Positions 49,548 through 62,280 of a stretch of DNA of 64,000 nucleotides are shown piece after piece. Source of the stretch: Laetmonice hystrix (taxonomy: Eukaryota); NCBI GenBank assembly GCA_965235115.1, contig OZ249440.1:32676001-32740000 (forward strand), written 5' to 3'. Below the pieces are notes generated by a model. It was not told the origin of the DNA and made no database searches. It was given only the letters and a program-made list of their open reading frames with translations. How positions within the stretch are numbered: position 1 is the first letter of the stretch; each line of letters begins with the position of its first letter. The position numbers were made by a program, and so were the translations under genes.

Positions 49548-50940
49548 GTGATAAAACTATTCAGGCCATAACGGTTGATGACACCCTTGATGCTATTTAC
49601 TACCAGGATGAAATAATGAAATCAAAATACCAGCGTTTCCCAGAACGCAGCATACAAGTTAAATGATCTCCGCATGCCCGTCATTCTTCAACTAGTGGTA
49701 GATGGGAATGGAGGGAGTGAAATAGTTGCCGTCTATGTAGTGGTGACAGAGTCAGCAAGACAATATCCAAACTTGTTGAAATTTTCAGGAAGAGAACCCA
49801 GCATGGAGTAGAACAAAGACTGATAAGGACTTCATAGAACGACAGGTGTATGGGCAACAATTCCCTGATGCCCAACTTCAGTTGTGCCTGTTCCATGTGT
49901 TACGGACAATGAAACGTGAAATAAATACAGAAAGAAATGAACATTCGCCTGGAACAGAAAGGCCACTGTCTGGAAATAATCAAATTAGCTTATTCGAACA
50001 ATGAGGAGGAATACACACAAAATCTAGAGCATCTAAAGACCCGGCCACACAGAGCGATGGGGTCGGTATGCATCGGTCTGTGTGGCCGGGGCAGCCGACG
50101 CGCATCAGGCCAAATCAGCCGATGGATTCGTCGCGTCGGGAATGTTGAGATGTTGAACATCTATGACGCGACGGTTTCGTCGGCAGTGCACAGTGGGCGT
50201 CAAACTGCAGAGGGCGCACGCGTCGTTTATCAACTATTCCACATGGGGCACCATTGGCGTTCCAACGATCGCGTCACCGTCTGTCTGGCCGGCCCATGAA
50301 ATACGGGGCCGACGGAATGGTCTTTACCCGTCGGGGACTATGCTGGTTTATGCCCGACGATCGGGTCGTAATGGCTGTGAGGCCGGGCTTTAGGGATACC
50401 AGCATGCGACCAGTCTTTGATGATAAACACATCCTGGCATCCTATCAGGAAGGAATGGGTTGTTGGTTTGAAGGAGGCCTGCCACTACAATAACCACACA
50501 AACAATCGTTTGGAGAGCATCAATCAAAAGCTGAAACAGGTAATCTCAAACCTGCAAAAGTTTTTTGATGATCTGCAATTGATGATCCAGTGCCTGCGTC
50601 AGGAGAGGGACGGGCGCATTGCTAATGTGCTTATGAAACGCCTAGGATTTTCTGCAAATTCACCAGAACCTCAATATTCCCGTTTCCTAATGCAACATGC
50701 ATTCAATGCTGTGTTGAAACAGATCAGAACTGCGAAAAACGTGAATATCCCAGACAGTGACAGTGTCGAGTTTGTGACACTTCAAAAGGTCATCTGGGGA
50801 AACTGGGGTGGACAGCGTGTCATGCACATGTAAATTTACTGCTGTGAACCAGCTACCATGTCACCATGTGCTGGCTATGCGAATGAAGCCTGGACTTGAC
50901 CTCTATTTCGAGGATGCAGTTGCTGAGAGTTGGAGGATAG
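49548..50940 (+). pseudogene. Mutator/MULE transposase remnant with a SWIM finger (ZSWIM3-like)
   Basis: Across frames: YKLNDLRMP, VDGNG, QLCLFHVLRTMKREI, HPIRKEWV, TNNRLESINQKLKQVI, and C-x-C..LPCHHV near 50820-50870. Confidence 0.75.
50037..50389. mobile_element. PIF/Harbinger-like MITE inside the MULE remnant
   Basis: cccggccacacag / ctgtgaggccggg inverted ends with TWA flanks; boundaries are uncertain by about 1 bp. Confidence 0.75.
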
Positions 50941-52280
50941 GTTTCTACCGTAAGTGAGTGAGTGAGTAGTGGTGGTTTTCCGTCGTGTCGGTATCTGGGG
51001 CCATCTTCACAGCGAAAACAGGGTTCAAAGACCATGAAATGAAAGGAACCTATTTTATCCCGGCCCCAACGGGAATATCATAGAAACACACTTCATCCTG
51101 TCAGCCCAACAGGGCTATCGACGAGCCTGAATTATAAAAGAGTCAGAAGTCCAGCCTCTGACAAAAACTCTAAAATCACTCCTGGTCTGACATTGCTAAA
51201 AAGATCCTTAAGACTTGTCTCATCATAAAATTGTTGTCTGATCAGAGTAAAATCACCACACTCAAGTAAAATATGCTTCAGTGGCAAAGGACACTGACAG
51301 CCATAACATTCTGGAGGTGGCTCCCCCTTCAATAAAAACACATGAGTTAATCTAGAATGACCAACTCTGCATCGATTAAAATTAAAAACAATTTCATGCT
51401 TACATTGGGTTAGGCCGTGATGATACCTTTGGTTCACGACGGGACTGATCTGATACAATTTATTGTTTGGTTGTCCATCCTATTCAGCCTGCCATTTGTT
51501 CTTAATGTAAGCCCAGATGGTAGGTCTGAGATCAGAGGCTGGGATTGGACACAGTTCGACGTCTGTTTCAAGAGCCCTCTTGGCAGTTCTGTCAGCTTGC
51601 TCACTGCCCGGGATACCAATATGACCAGGCACCCAGCAAAAGTGAATATCAAATTTTGCATTGGAAAGCACTGCAATGGAGATTAAAAGCGAGGTAAAAT
51701 CATCCATTGCTTCAGGATCGTTAATGGTGTCTGCTCTGAATTCCTCCCGACAGAGGGTCTGGAAGGAGTGCCAGTCAGCTTTCTTAAGTTGCCACCTTTG
51801 TTGTTTTTCCCCAATGTTGGGTCCTTCATAGATAATAATGGTGGGAAAGTGGTCACTCCCGCAAAGGTCATACCAGACCCTCCAAGAGAAATCCAGCTAT
51901 TGCAAGGTCAATGGCTGTATAGGTGCCATGACCAGGATGTAGGTATGTGTTTGAACCATCATTCAAAATGCATAGAGCATGATTATCAATGAACTCTTCA
52001 ATCCTCTTGCACTTGCCATCAGTTGTGGTGCCACCCCATAAGGGATTGTGGCCGTTAAAGTCTCCCAAAAGGAGATATGGGGATGGTAGTTGACCCACTA
52101 GATCATCAAGATCCTGCTGGGTCAAAACATTGTTTGGTGGAATATATATGGAACAGATAGTGATGGCTTTATGCAGAGTTAGGCGAATGGCTATTGCTTG
52201 TAATGGTGTGTCTATTGTTACAGGGCTATGGATGAGGTCTTGTCGAACCAGAATGGCAGTGCCGCCAGCAGCACGGTCAC

Positions 52281-52887
52281 TAGCCTACGTAGTAAGCCAT
52301 GCGCCGAGCCAGCAAGGCTTACAGGCAGTGGCTTAAATTCCTGGCGGGTCAGACCACACCCAGGCCAGACCACCACCGCTTGCACTGATCAACTCACCGG
52401 CATCCATTTATCTCGACAGTAGGTGTGTGGGGTCATGAAGCAGTGTTTTTAATAGTACAACGTCAAATTCATGTCTAGATCACCCGTTTAACGGCGTTTT
52501 ACCGGCCGCCATGTTGCCTTTGATCCCAGCATGCATCTCTCCGACGCACTCTCCTACGCAGAGACTCGCTTACTACTGTGTGAAGCGAAAGCGAAGCGGA
52601 AGTAGCTCTGCGTTGGAGGGTGTCTCCGACGGTAATGGCAGCACTCAACGAGCATTGAAATTTTTCGGTTCGAGAGATGTGACTGTCTTTATTTTGTCGC
52701 ATCGGGCTTTTCCAGCTTGCAGATATGAGAGATAAGTTATTTTGAGTTTATTCATCACTATTTCATCAACATATAGAGACAAGGGAGGGCTTTTCATGGC
52801 AGACAGAAGATTTGTCCGGGTACGCTCGGAAATTCTGAACAGCGATCTTCGGCTCTGTACAGAGCACAGAGCCGAATTCTTTGGCTA
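52281..52887. mobile_element. AcademH-like non-autonomous element, family B
   Basis: TAGCC..GGCTA termini and a 9-bp TSD cacggtcac. Removing it restores the APE frame DGDR-AAGGTAIL. Confidence 0.88.
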
Positions 52888-53104
52888 CACGGTCACCATC
52901 CGGCGCAAAACCAAAGAAAGTCTGATAGCCTTTAAATGGGACCTTGTCTCGGGCAGTAAGAAATGTTTCTTGTAGGCAAAGGGCAAGAGGATCGAGGCCC
53001 TCTGCTAAAAGTCTGAGCTCATTAAAATTAGCTCTAAAACCTCGACAATTCCATTGAAGGAAGCATTTGCCTGCCATCAAGGTGGTTTAACAGGCAAACG
53101 CCCC

Positions 53105-54373
53105 CTAGATTTTATTTTGGGGGAAAAGGCTGCGACTATGACAAGTTGTAGCATCAGCCATTTCAACATCTTGAAGATGCTGAAATTTGTTTGTAAGTGC
53201 TATTTCACTATTGTTGGAGGCTGCCTTGGGCAGCCGATCTGTGATTATTTTCTTGTTTGGTTGATCTTTTTTTGTATATGGCTCTTTGGTATTCGGTTGA
53301 TCTGTTTTCGGAGATGGTCCTTTAGTACTCGGCCCGGCCTGTGGAGGAGGAACCGAGGTTGTCTGGCTCCGTGTTGAGGCGGCTTTTTTAGGTGGCTGAC
53401 TCGAGACGGCTTTCTTAGGTGGTTCATTTGTGCTGTCAGCGGGATCAGGGTAGGTCATAGGTCTATCCCCCTTGACCCACACCATCTCCGTTTGACAAGC
53501 CAAAGTCCGCGTGGTAGGCTTAACAGCGGCAGCATAGGTTTTAACTGTTGGTGGAAGCAAGTATTGCTCCACCAATTTGCGTGCCTCAGGGAAACTAAGT
53601 TTTCTTTCTGTTTTAACTTTTAGGATTTCCTTCTCCTTTTTCCACACGGAGCACTCGCGTGAAACAGTGGAATGACCTTGCCTGCAGTTGGCACATTTAG
53701 CAGGCTTTTTACAGCCTGTATGGTCATGTCCTGTTTCAGCGCACTGAGATCATTTTTGTTCATTTCTACATGAGTCGGTCCCATGCCCAAACCTCTGGCA
53801 CTTAAAGCAACGCAGAGGATTTGGGATATAGGGATCGACTTTTACCTTTAGAAAGCCAATCTCGAGTTCATCTGGTAGAGTGGGCCTGTCGAATGTCAGA
53901 AAATATGTGTGTGTCTTGATGGTGTTACCATCTCGTTTCACTATCAATCTTCTGACTTCCGGCACACCTTGCCAGCTCAACCCAGCAAGGATCTCCTGTT
54001 CAGTTGTGGTGTCAAGAGAGTTTGTTCTAATAACACCCTTGCTGGAGTTGAGCGTCCGGTGACGAGAGGCCTTAATACTGTAACCTGCGAGTACTGTGGC
54101 ACTCAGCAGGTTTGCAGATTGGGCCTTCGTGGCACACTCCACCAACAGTTGGCCAGACCTCAAACGTTTACAATCTTTGACTGTTCCAGCTATCCCCAAT
54201 ATGCCTTTATGTATGGCAAAAGGGGATAGCTTAGATATTGGTCGTTCAGCTTCTGCCGATTCAACAATGATGAAACGAGGCCATTCCGTCAAGTGTTCAT
54301 TCTCCATAGACCGGTCCGAGTCAGAGTCCGTTAGTTTCAGTAGTTTTCTTTTGGGGGGATTGTTTGATGCCAT
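53105..54373 (-). pseudogene. LINE ORF1 (gag-like, CCHC knuckles) with a premature stop at ~53750
   Basis: KLSPFAIHKG, KRLRSGQLLVEC, HRTLNSSKGVI, YIPNPLRCFKCQRFGH, C.NC..H, WKKEKEI..KLSFPEARK. Confidence 0.88.
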
Positions 54374-55122
54374 GTTTGTGTTAGATTGTTTCACCAACCC
54401 TATTCCCCACCCTCCACGGAGCCCAACAAGGGGAAGTGTAGAGCTGCGGTAACCAGCAGTTGCAAACCAAGGATATAGGGTTGGTATAATCAAGCAATGG
54501 AACGAAAGAGGGTGTTGCCATTACTTGATTGACCCTAAGCCACCGCCTTCTAGGAATAAAGAAGAAATAGTTACGATAGATGTTGCCTATTGTATAAGAG
54601 AATTAAATTCACTGTAAAGCGTACTCAATACAAAAAATCCTAGGGCAAGGCGTGACCAGCCGATTGATTGGATCGGGCCTCTCCAACCTCCCGTTTAGGT
54701 GAAGTAGGAGCTAAGGCACCTTGTTGGACCTGTGAAAATTCACCAGGTACCAGAACCTCTTCCTCCACTGACAGGAGTCGCGACTCACGGCAAAGAAGTT
54801 GGCCCATTTATTCGCCTCTTACGAACAGCCGGGGAGGGGGGGGGGGGGGCTGGGGAACATTCTTACCCCGGTCCCCACGGGGGGGAGGCCCAAAAATTTG
54901 CATTAATGGTTAAATACCGTCAACGCTTGGTCATCCTTAGGAAACTCGTAGTACACTGGGAAGATGATGAAGACGTTACAATTGTTGATCCATTCCGGTT
55001 AGCGCGGTATGCAATCCCTATTTTGATCGGTCAGAATGGAACTCCCCAGTAGAGGAGGTGTGACTCTCACCGGTTATCACAGTGTCCTGCCACGTAGCAG
55101 GCCTTGGCACACCACTACAGAA

Positions 55123-56593
55123 ATGGCAGGACGGGGCCGTCAACCGAACTGGATTGCGGAAGATGCCATGTTACTGCTGGACCTTGTCCAGCAGTACGAT
55201 AGACCACCGGGGAGGGCATTGGAAGGTGCAGGGGCCAAGGCTGTCTGGAAAGAGCAGTGGACAAAACTGCAAGTGGAATTCAACAGGTAAGAAAATAGGA
55301 GGCCATGAACATATGTCCACATCATGCAACATTCAATATGCCTCCAAACAGAGAAGGTGGCAAACAGAAACGCCCAAAGTACAATGAAATCGGGAATATG
55401 ATATTGAGGTACAAGTGAACATAATTCCCTTACAACTAATATCTGCATTTAGAGTAGCCTCTCACATAGGCCGTGTGTACGGCCTATCGTCTAGCGAACG
55501 GCTACGAGAACAAACGTTCAACCCGCAGAATGAATGTGCACCCGCACCTCTTCCATCACTTCAAATAAAAGATTGCCTTTACCTTCAGCGACTGAGCCCA
55601 ATTAACTTACTTGGTGTTCCTCTAAGCAACAGATTCGGCCCATTTTCCAAACCAAGCGACCACTTTCCATAGTCTTACAACCGGCACCATTTTATTAAAC
55701 CCACATTCGGGGTCAAGCTCACGAAGGGAGCAGTCATTTCAGACGTTGGCTATTAGTTTGGCGCCATAATGGAGGAATTGCTGTTTGGTCTAGAATAATG
55801 AATGCTCCCCTGCTGGTCGCCAGTGCGCATGTTTTGAACATGCGCAGTAGAACAAACAGTATGGCGGCTAACGGCAGTGAACCAGCGCGATTCGGAATTT
55901 CGAAAGTCTGATTTATTAAAACTTTGCTGCACACTTTTCCGAGGATTTTTGCCCAGAGGAACAGAAGATGGGCTGCGTTAGAATTGACACCTCAACTGGC
56001 AGTAGTTACGATGGATTTTGCACAGCGAGTGATTGACATAGGAGGTAGGGTTTTTCGCGTTAACGCCGTCCGTCCCTACTGGGATGATACTCCGTCTACA
56101 TTTAGAGAACCCCATGGACCGGGCAAACTGACAATTGTAATGGTGCACAGCCCCAGGTCGTTGTTGTAATCCATTGGATGTACTTCAACGGAAGGCAGTA
56201 ACAAACAGGGATGTGGACGCCCTACAAAAGAAGGTGAAGAACCTCAGGGCCAAAGGTGAGTACAGTGTCCCACCGAAATAGTAATTACTAGTTAACTAAA
56301 CATTACATGTTGTTATTTCTGTCAGCCTTATTGTTTTCCATAATAGCAACCTAACTGGAAAATGCACGTAATATTAAAGTTAACGGCGCCACAAAGAAAA
56401 AAAATGGGGATGAAAATGCACGTGGTAATCCTTGTGTCATCCATGCAGGCAACCAATACCAGACCCAGCGCATCCAGACTGGCGGGGGCCCCCCCGCCAC
56501 CCCCTCCTCCTACAGAGGTACAGCACTTTCTGGACAACCAGGGGATGAAGAAGGGTGTCTCAGGAATCCCGGGAGGGATTGACACGATGGAAG
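55123..56593 (+). pseudogene. Second spliced Myb/SANT-like Harbinger accessory gene (5' exons only)
   Basis: Exon 1 MAGRGRQPNW..LLLDLV..W..LQVEFN|gtaag, exon 2 RDVDALQKKVKNLRAK|gtgag (~56200-56255), exon 3 QTGGGPP..GIPGGIDT (56449-56593). Confidence 0.75.
55455..56098 (+). mobile_element. AcademH-like non-autonomous element, family A copy 2
   Basis: TAG..CTA termini and a 9-bp TSD catttagag. Confidence 0.88.
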
Positions 56594-56764
56594 GTACTAC
56601 GTATTACCGTTTTTTCACTAGTTCTAGCTCCTATTCCACCATTATGCGATATCTAAATAATAATCTATCTTTACACATATGCAAAGTTGACATCTATCGA
56701 TACGCTTTTCAATGCCTTGCAGCTTTTCCACTGCCCATTATCATTAGCAGCAAATAAGACCTGT

Positions 56765-58717
56765 GGCCTATGCGTCAAAGGCATTTAACAAACATCAGCT
56801 AAACTATGACACAACCAATAAAGAGTTAGCAGTGGTAGTGTGGGCGGTACTTCTGTTCAGGGTGTACCTTGAGTCTCAACCATTCCAGATCCGTGTAAGT
56901 ATATCTTGACAACCAAAAATTTGACAGGTAGACTGGCACGTTGGGCCTTGATTCTCCAGGACTTCAAATTTGATGTCCAACATGTGAAGGGATCGGCCAA
57001 CGTGGTTCCAGATGCGCTGTCCAGACTTGAAAATATCCCGACCAGCCCAGACAAGACAGACGAGATCATTAATGCATTCCCTGATCTGAGTCACCTCTCA
57101 ATGGTGGACTTGTCAGCAGTAGGTCGGGCGGAGAACAAAGGGCCAGAAAACAAAGGGTCCATTACAAATCAAACACAGCACACAACAAGGAAACATTCAC
57201 ACAAACCAAACAATCAAAAACGCAAGACAAACGCACCACAGATGCAAAAGACAGCGGAGGTTTCGTTAAAGGACTTAGGCCTGGACACTACAGTCATTAA
57301 AAAGGAACAAGGCTCGGACCCGTTTTGTCGCCCCATTCTAAGGTTTGTGTTGAACAATGAACTACCAGGTGATGATAAAGAGGCAAGAAAGATATTGTTG
57401 AGAGAGGAAGATTACATCATTGTGAATGGCCTTCTGTACCACATGTTTACGGCACCTGGTGTCAAATCGCAGACATCAGCACAATTGGTGGTTCCTCAAC
57501 GTCTGAAGGCCCAGATATTGGCGTTGCACCATGATGCATCATTGGCGGGCCAGGTGGGGGTGCAGAAAATGATCAGTGTCTTGAGACCGCGATTCTACTT
57601 GGTGGGAATGATGGCAGATGTCAAAAATTATGTGGCATCATGCCCGACTTGTTGTGCCACTAAAGTGACATCCCATCCAGTTAAACCACCCCTGACACTG
57701 AGAGACCCAGCCCCCCACCCATGGTATTGTGTTAACATGGATGCAATAGAAAAGTTACCATGTACTTCAAGTAATAATCGTCATATCATTACGGTAACAG
57801 ACTTCTATTCTCGATTCATCATAGCGTGGCCAGTTCCAGATCTCAAAGCAACAACAATTGTCGATCAATTCTTTAAGAATGTGGTATGCAGATTTGGGTG
57901 TCCTCGTCAGATAATATCGTACAATGGAGCAGCTTTTGCCTCTGCATTCTTTGAGAAGGTTTGTTCCCAGTTACAGATTCGTCAATCATTCATCTCAAGC
58001 TACCACAGTCAGGCATCAGGGTTGGTTGAACGGTCTAACCGTTCTGTATTGACTGTGTTAAGAAACCATGTGCTTGAGTACAATGATGACTGGGACAAAT
58101 ATGTGGATGCAGCAACGTTTGCACTGAACACATCAGTCGCATCCGGGACAGGCCACACTCCATACCTACTGGTGCATGGGTACCAGCCAGTCTTACCTGC
58201 AGAGTCTAACCTGCCTGACCCGTTTTCCCAAACAGACACAGTCCTCGGCCAGTTTGCCACCATCTTGAAACGCCAACAACAGGCAGATGAAGAGGCAATG
58301 GCTAATCTCAAAAAGGCTCAGCAGAGTATGAAAGACCGGTATGACAGACAAACCCATGACCCTAACATTGCTGAAGGGCATCAGGTGTGGCTCTACATGT
58401 CAAACCTGGCTACCGCTCACAGCAAACGGAAACTGGCGGCAAAATATCATGGCCCCTATCTTGTAGTTCGATATCACACAGATACTACAGTGTTTCTGCG
58501 TCGAGTAAGTGACGGCAAGTTCCTCACAAAACCTGTCACAATCAGGCAACTCAAGGTTGGACGCACGAGAGAATGTTTAAATCAGGAGGATCCTGCAGAA
58601 CCAATCACGGATCCAGAACCGCTGGAGGATGCTGATCTACCCAATGACAGTTTCATGGTAGAGGATGCGACGGGAGTCCAGGGTAGATGCCCCCACCACC
58701 AATCTCGCACCCCCTGA
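56765..58717 (+). pseudogene. pol: Ty3/Gypsy pol remnant (RNase H end and integrase)
   Basis: YASK..NYDTTNKEL, GRLARWAL..DALSR, zinc finger HHD..CPTC, core MDAI / IISYNG (catalytic D apparently replaced by Y) / GLVERSN, and GPY motif. Confidence 0.92.
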
Positions 58718-59049
58718 CCCCCCGACATCCCCCAGGACAGTGATAATGACGTCACTCCAACGAATGTACCCCATACCAATAACGACAGTGACAAAGCCCG
58801 TAAAACACGGACAACACCCATGGTGATAACCAGTGACCCCTCCTCGTGTAATCCCTCGTATGTCCCTATCTTAGATGTGGATGACATCTATAGGGATAAA
58901 GACGGTCATATACGAGTGCATGTTGTTGTGGAGGATGGGACGTCAAAGTGGTTCCCCATTGACCATTTAAATCCGGCAGACAGAAGGAAATATGTCACCG
59001 CACAGGAAGACATACCGGTTCGACCTAGGCTCCGGAATAATTAACGATT

Positions 59050-61259
59050 TGTGTTCCATTATTATTTCTTGTGGCTATGGTGGTGTCAAAGACCCAAAAG
59101 GGTATATAGGAATTAGTTCTGTCTTTTAAACCACCTGGGCCAAGTAAAGTGCGTTCCCGGATTGATATGGTAGCAATATGACATTTCAGCTACCAGATTG
59201 TAAATATGTACAGCCAGATTTCTTCCCCGAGGTTAACATGTGACGATATGTTTCCTCACAGATGTAATGACGACTACATTTCCCAGAATGACACCCTGCT
59301 ACCAGGCGGCCGGCCGCCAACAGCACTAGCAGCGCCTCAAGCTTTGTACCCAGATAAAACTTTTATTACCCCGACTTGTTACTTCTTGTTCCCGCTATAA
59401 CTGAAACCCTGCGTAGAGAAATAAGTCTGTGTACGACCGTGTATTTTAAAGGTCTAAACGAGATCTAATTCCGGCATGAAGTAACCTAACCGCATGTTCT
59501 CGGAGGTGTCTTCAGCCCGGGAATAATCCCTTGTAATTACATGAGACCGTGGTAACTGTAACATTGGAGTGGTTAACAACCTCAGTCCAGTCATGGTAGT
59601 TACGGCTAAAAGCAGATGCAACCATCCTTTAATAATGGAGGTATACGACTGTAAAAACGTAATATGAAAGCTTTAAACTGCAATGGCAGGTAAATAGGTT
59701 CAGACAGGAACCGGATAGGGAGCATCTGATAGACCCGTCTAGGGAATATTTGATTGAAGTACAGAAGCGTGATCTCAACCGCTGCCATCATGAACATTAT
59801 AACATGTCCAGAACCGTTTTCTAAGCGGAGCACCAATAAGCCAACATGTGCTTATGCCACTTTTATTGATAGCACAACAACAGTGCAGGGGACATGTAAG
59901 AGCAAGGTATTTCCAGACAGTAAGGTTCCAGCTCAAATTATTTCTGTAACTTTGTCTGATTTTCTTGTCATTAGTCCATATTTAAGGTATCAAGTTGTGT
60001 GTCCAGGTAGACCAGTGGATGTACACGTTCCATGTAGTATTTGTCAAATAGCGTTACCGTGTGACTGTCTTCTTCAACTTGAACATCAAATAGTCCGATC
60101 CACGGGAAGAAAATGTAACAGTGGGACCTTGGTCAATCGGCTACATGCCATAAATCTTCCGGCGTTAATTTCTTTTAATTTTTCGACTCGGGACATCACC
60201 CCTAGTTTTTTGCTAAACTCATCCTTTAAAATGTCTCTCCCGAACATCTCGGAGACTTTGGATGAGCCTTCACTGGCGCTAGCGAATCACGTAGGGGTAG
60301 ATCTTGAAAAGGTTGCGGCGAAGCTCCAGGTTGTCAGACAGCTGGGTGGATTTCATAAGTCGTCGCACCAGAATTTTTCGTTGCCTGTATGGTATAACTT
60401 GCATTCCGTTTTTGTCTGGAAGATCCTGGTGAGTGTAGTGGCCGGACTGGCCTTTCTGGGTCAGATTTATATACTTTTTAAATTTAGAGCATTTGCAGTA
60501 CGGTTGTTGGTGTTGGAGGCTGGCTGACAGTTTAGGGGTGTACCATTGTCGGACGCACAGGCACAGCAAGTCTTTTCCTTACCCCCACCATCAACCACCC
60601 TCCATACTGTTGTATTCTTGGCATACAACATGTCGTATCTTGATACTATAGCAACTCTTGGAATGTGTATATTTTCTCTGTGGGTTATCTACAAGGTTTT
60701 TCAGTGGTTCAGGAAGAGCGCCCTTAGAAGATTGTTAACGGGTGGTCATGTTAATACTGGTCCTCAAATTCTACTTAAAATCGGAGTAGGAGGTGATCAT
60801 GAATGTATAGTTTTAGAAGGAATATTTGACCTGCCACAGGCAATTACATTTTCGGACATACCTGCAATTACCCATGTATCGGTAGGGCGAGGATGCCTTT
60901 CGTGCGTCCTAATGTTATCATTTGCAGGCCCCATTAGGTATAACCTTACTAATAATCGTAACAAAACTGTGGTGGTGCATCTTCCCGGGAGGTTGTCCAT
61001 CCTCGCTTGGCAAGGACGGGCCATCGACACCTTCCTACGGAATGTTAACTGTCGGATGACCCTGATTTGCCAAGGTAACACACCCCCGGAACACACCCAG
61101 CTTGTGAGCAGTAGCTCTCTGGTGCAGGAGACACGACCATCCCTGCTGGACACGGTCGTCCAAGTCCCTGCACTTCCCCCATACAATCCGGAAGTGTTGT
61201 CCCTCATCCCTACTGGTTATACCCCTCCTAGGTGGAATGCTCCGAAGTATAGTGAGTAA
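59050..61259 (+). pseudogene. env: env-like membrane protein of the Gypsy element; N-terminal part degraded, ORFs 59754-60527 and 60546-61259 in one frame
   Basis: It lies downstream of the integrase and has a Cys-rich ectodomain (C..ATF..C..C..PC..C..LPC.C), NxS/T sites, and hydrophobic segments ILVSVVAGLAFLGQIYILF and IATLGMCIFSLWVIY. Confidence 0.7.
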
Positions 61260-61316
61260 TACAGACACAAAAAAAGAAGAAACAAACAAACAAAAAAGCA
61301 GGGAAGGGGACAGTCG

Positions 61317-61970
61317 TGTGGATGGTTTATTGGATCTATTGTTTTTTTGTTCTTTTGGTTTAAATATTATGTATCGTATTTGGATGTGACCTACAGTGGC
61401 GAAATCACGTTTGCCTCCCCGCCGGGTTTGCCCTGTAGTGGTTACACTGTATTTTGTAAAGTGATTGATATTTTAACATGTGGATGTCAATGAGGTAGAT
61501 GTGTGTACCTGTAAGTATCACACGTATACGTATGTGGTATAAGAACATATAAAGAGCTCTATGGCCAAATTTTGTATCAGTTTTTAAGCTCTGTGGCCTT
61601 CATATTTTGTGTAGGAGTACTAATCTCTAAGGACATCATATTATGTGTATAAGAGTATTTGAGCTTTATGGCCTTCAACCTTTGTGTGGAATACATTTGA
61701 CCATTACAACCTTCGTCTTTTATATAAATGTACGTCAACAGCAGTATGTATTGGATCTACTGATGTAAGTTCTTTTGTGTAATTTCTTTTGGTGGTGGTG
61801 GGGTTGTCCATAACACTGTTGGTATATGGTCAACTTCCAATATAATCAATTAATTGTACTGATGAACATTTGTCACACCGGAATGTATTTTTTTTTTATA
61901 TAAGGATGTTATTACTTAATTGTTCTGAGCGCGAAAGTAAGAGTCCCTGGTCAGCACCCGCAATTACCAC
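61317..61970 (+). repeat. Candidate 3' LTR of the Gypsy element
   Basis: A purine tract aaaaagcagggaagggga lies just upstream and the ends read tgtgg..ccac. There is no partner LTR in the window to confirm it. Confidence 0.35.
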
Positions 61971-61972
61971 GA

Positions 61973-62280
61973 ATGGACAGGTGTTTAGATCAAGTAGGGC
62001 GCAGCCAACCTAGATTTATGACTAGCTTAGATATGGAAAAGGGGTTCCTACAAATGACTCTACGAGCAGGAAAAACACAATTAGCTAGACGGGAGATTAC
62101 ATTCTTAGGATTCAGGTTATCAGAGGACGGAATAAGGGCTGACCAAAGAATCTGTGACGATGTCAGAAATTTTCCTACACCTACAACAGTTAAAGAAACA
62201 CGATCATTCTTGGGACTATCTCAGTTCTACCGCAAATTCATAAAAGATTATTCAAAACTTGCTAAACCTCTAAATGCTCT
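61973..62280 (+). pseudogene. Gypsy RT fragment lacking the YxDD core
   Basis: TSLDMEKGFLQM is joined directly to K..ITFLGF..PTPTTVKETRSFLGLSQFYRKFIKDYSKLAKPL. Confidence 0.85.

Larger units (their letters stand above)
50953..54885 (-). mobile_element. I-group LINE retaining both ends, with the RT domain deleted
   Basis: 5' leader, ORF1, APE endonuclease (QWNCRG, LCLQET, LLGDFNGH, AIDL), RNase H end (WVPGHIGIPGSEQAD), 3' UTR and (ACTC)n tail. Confidence 0.9.
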
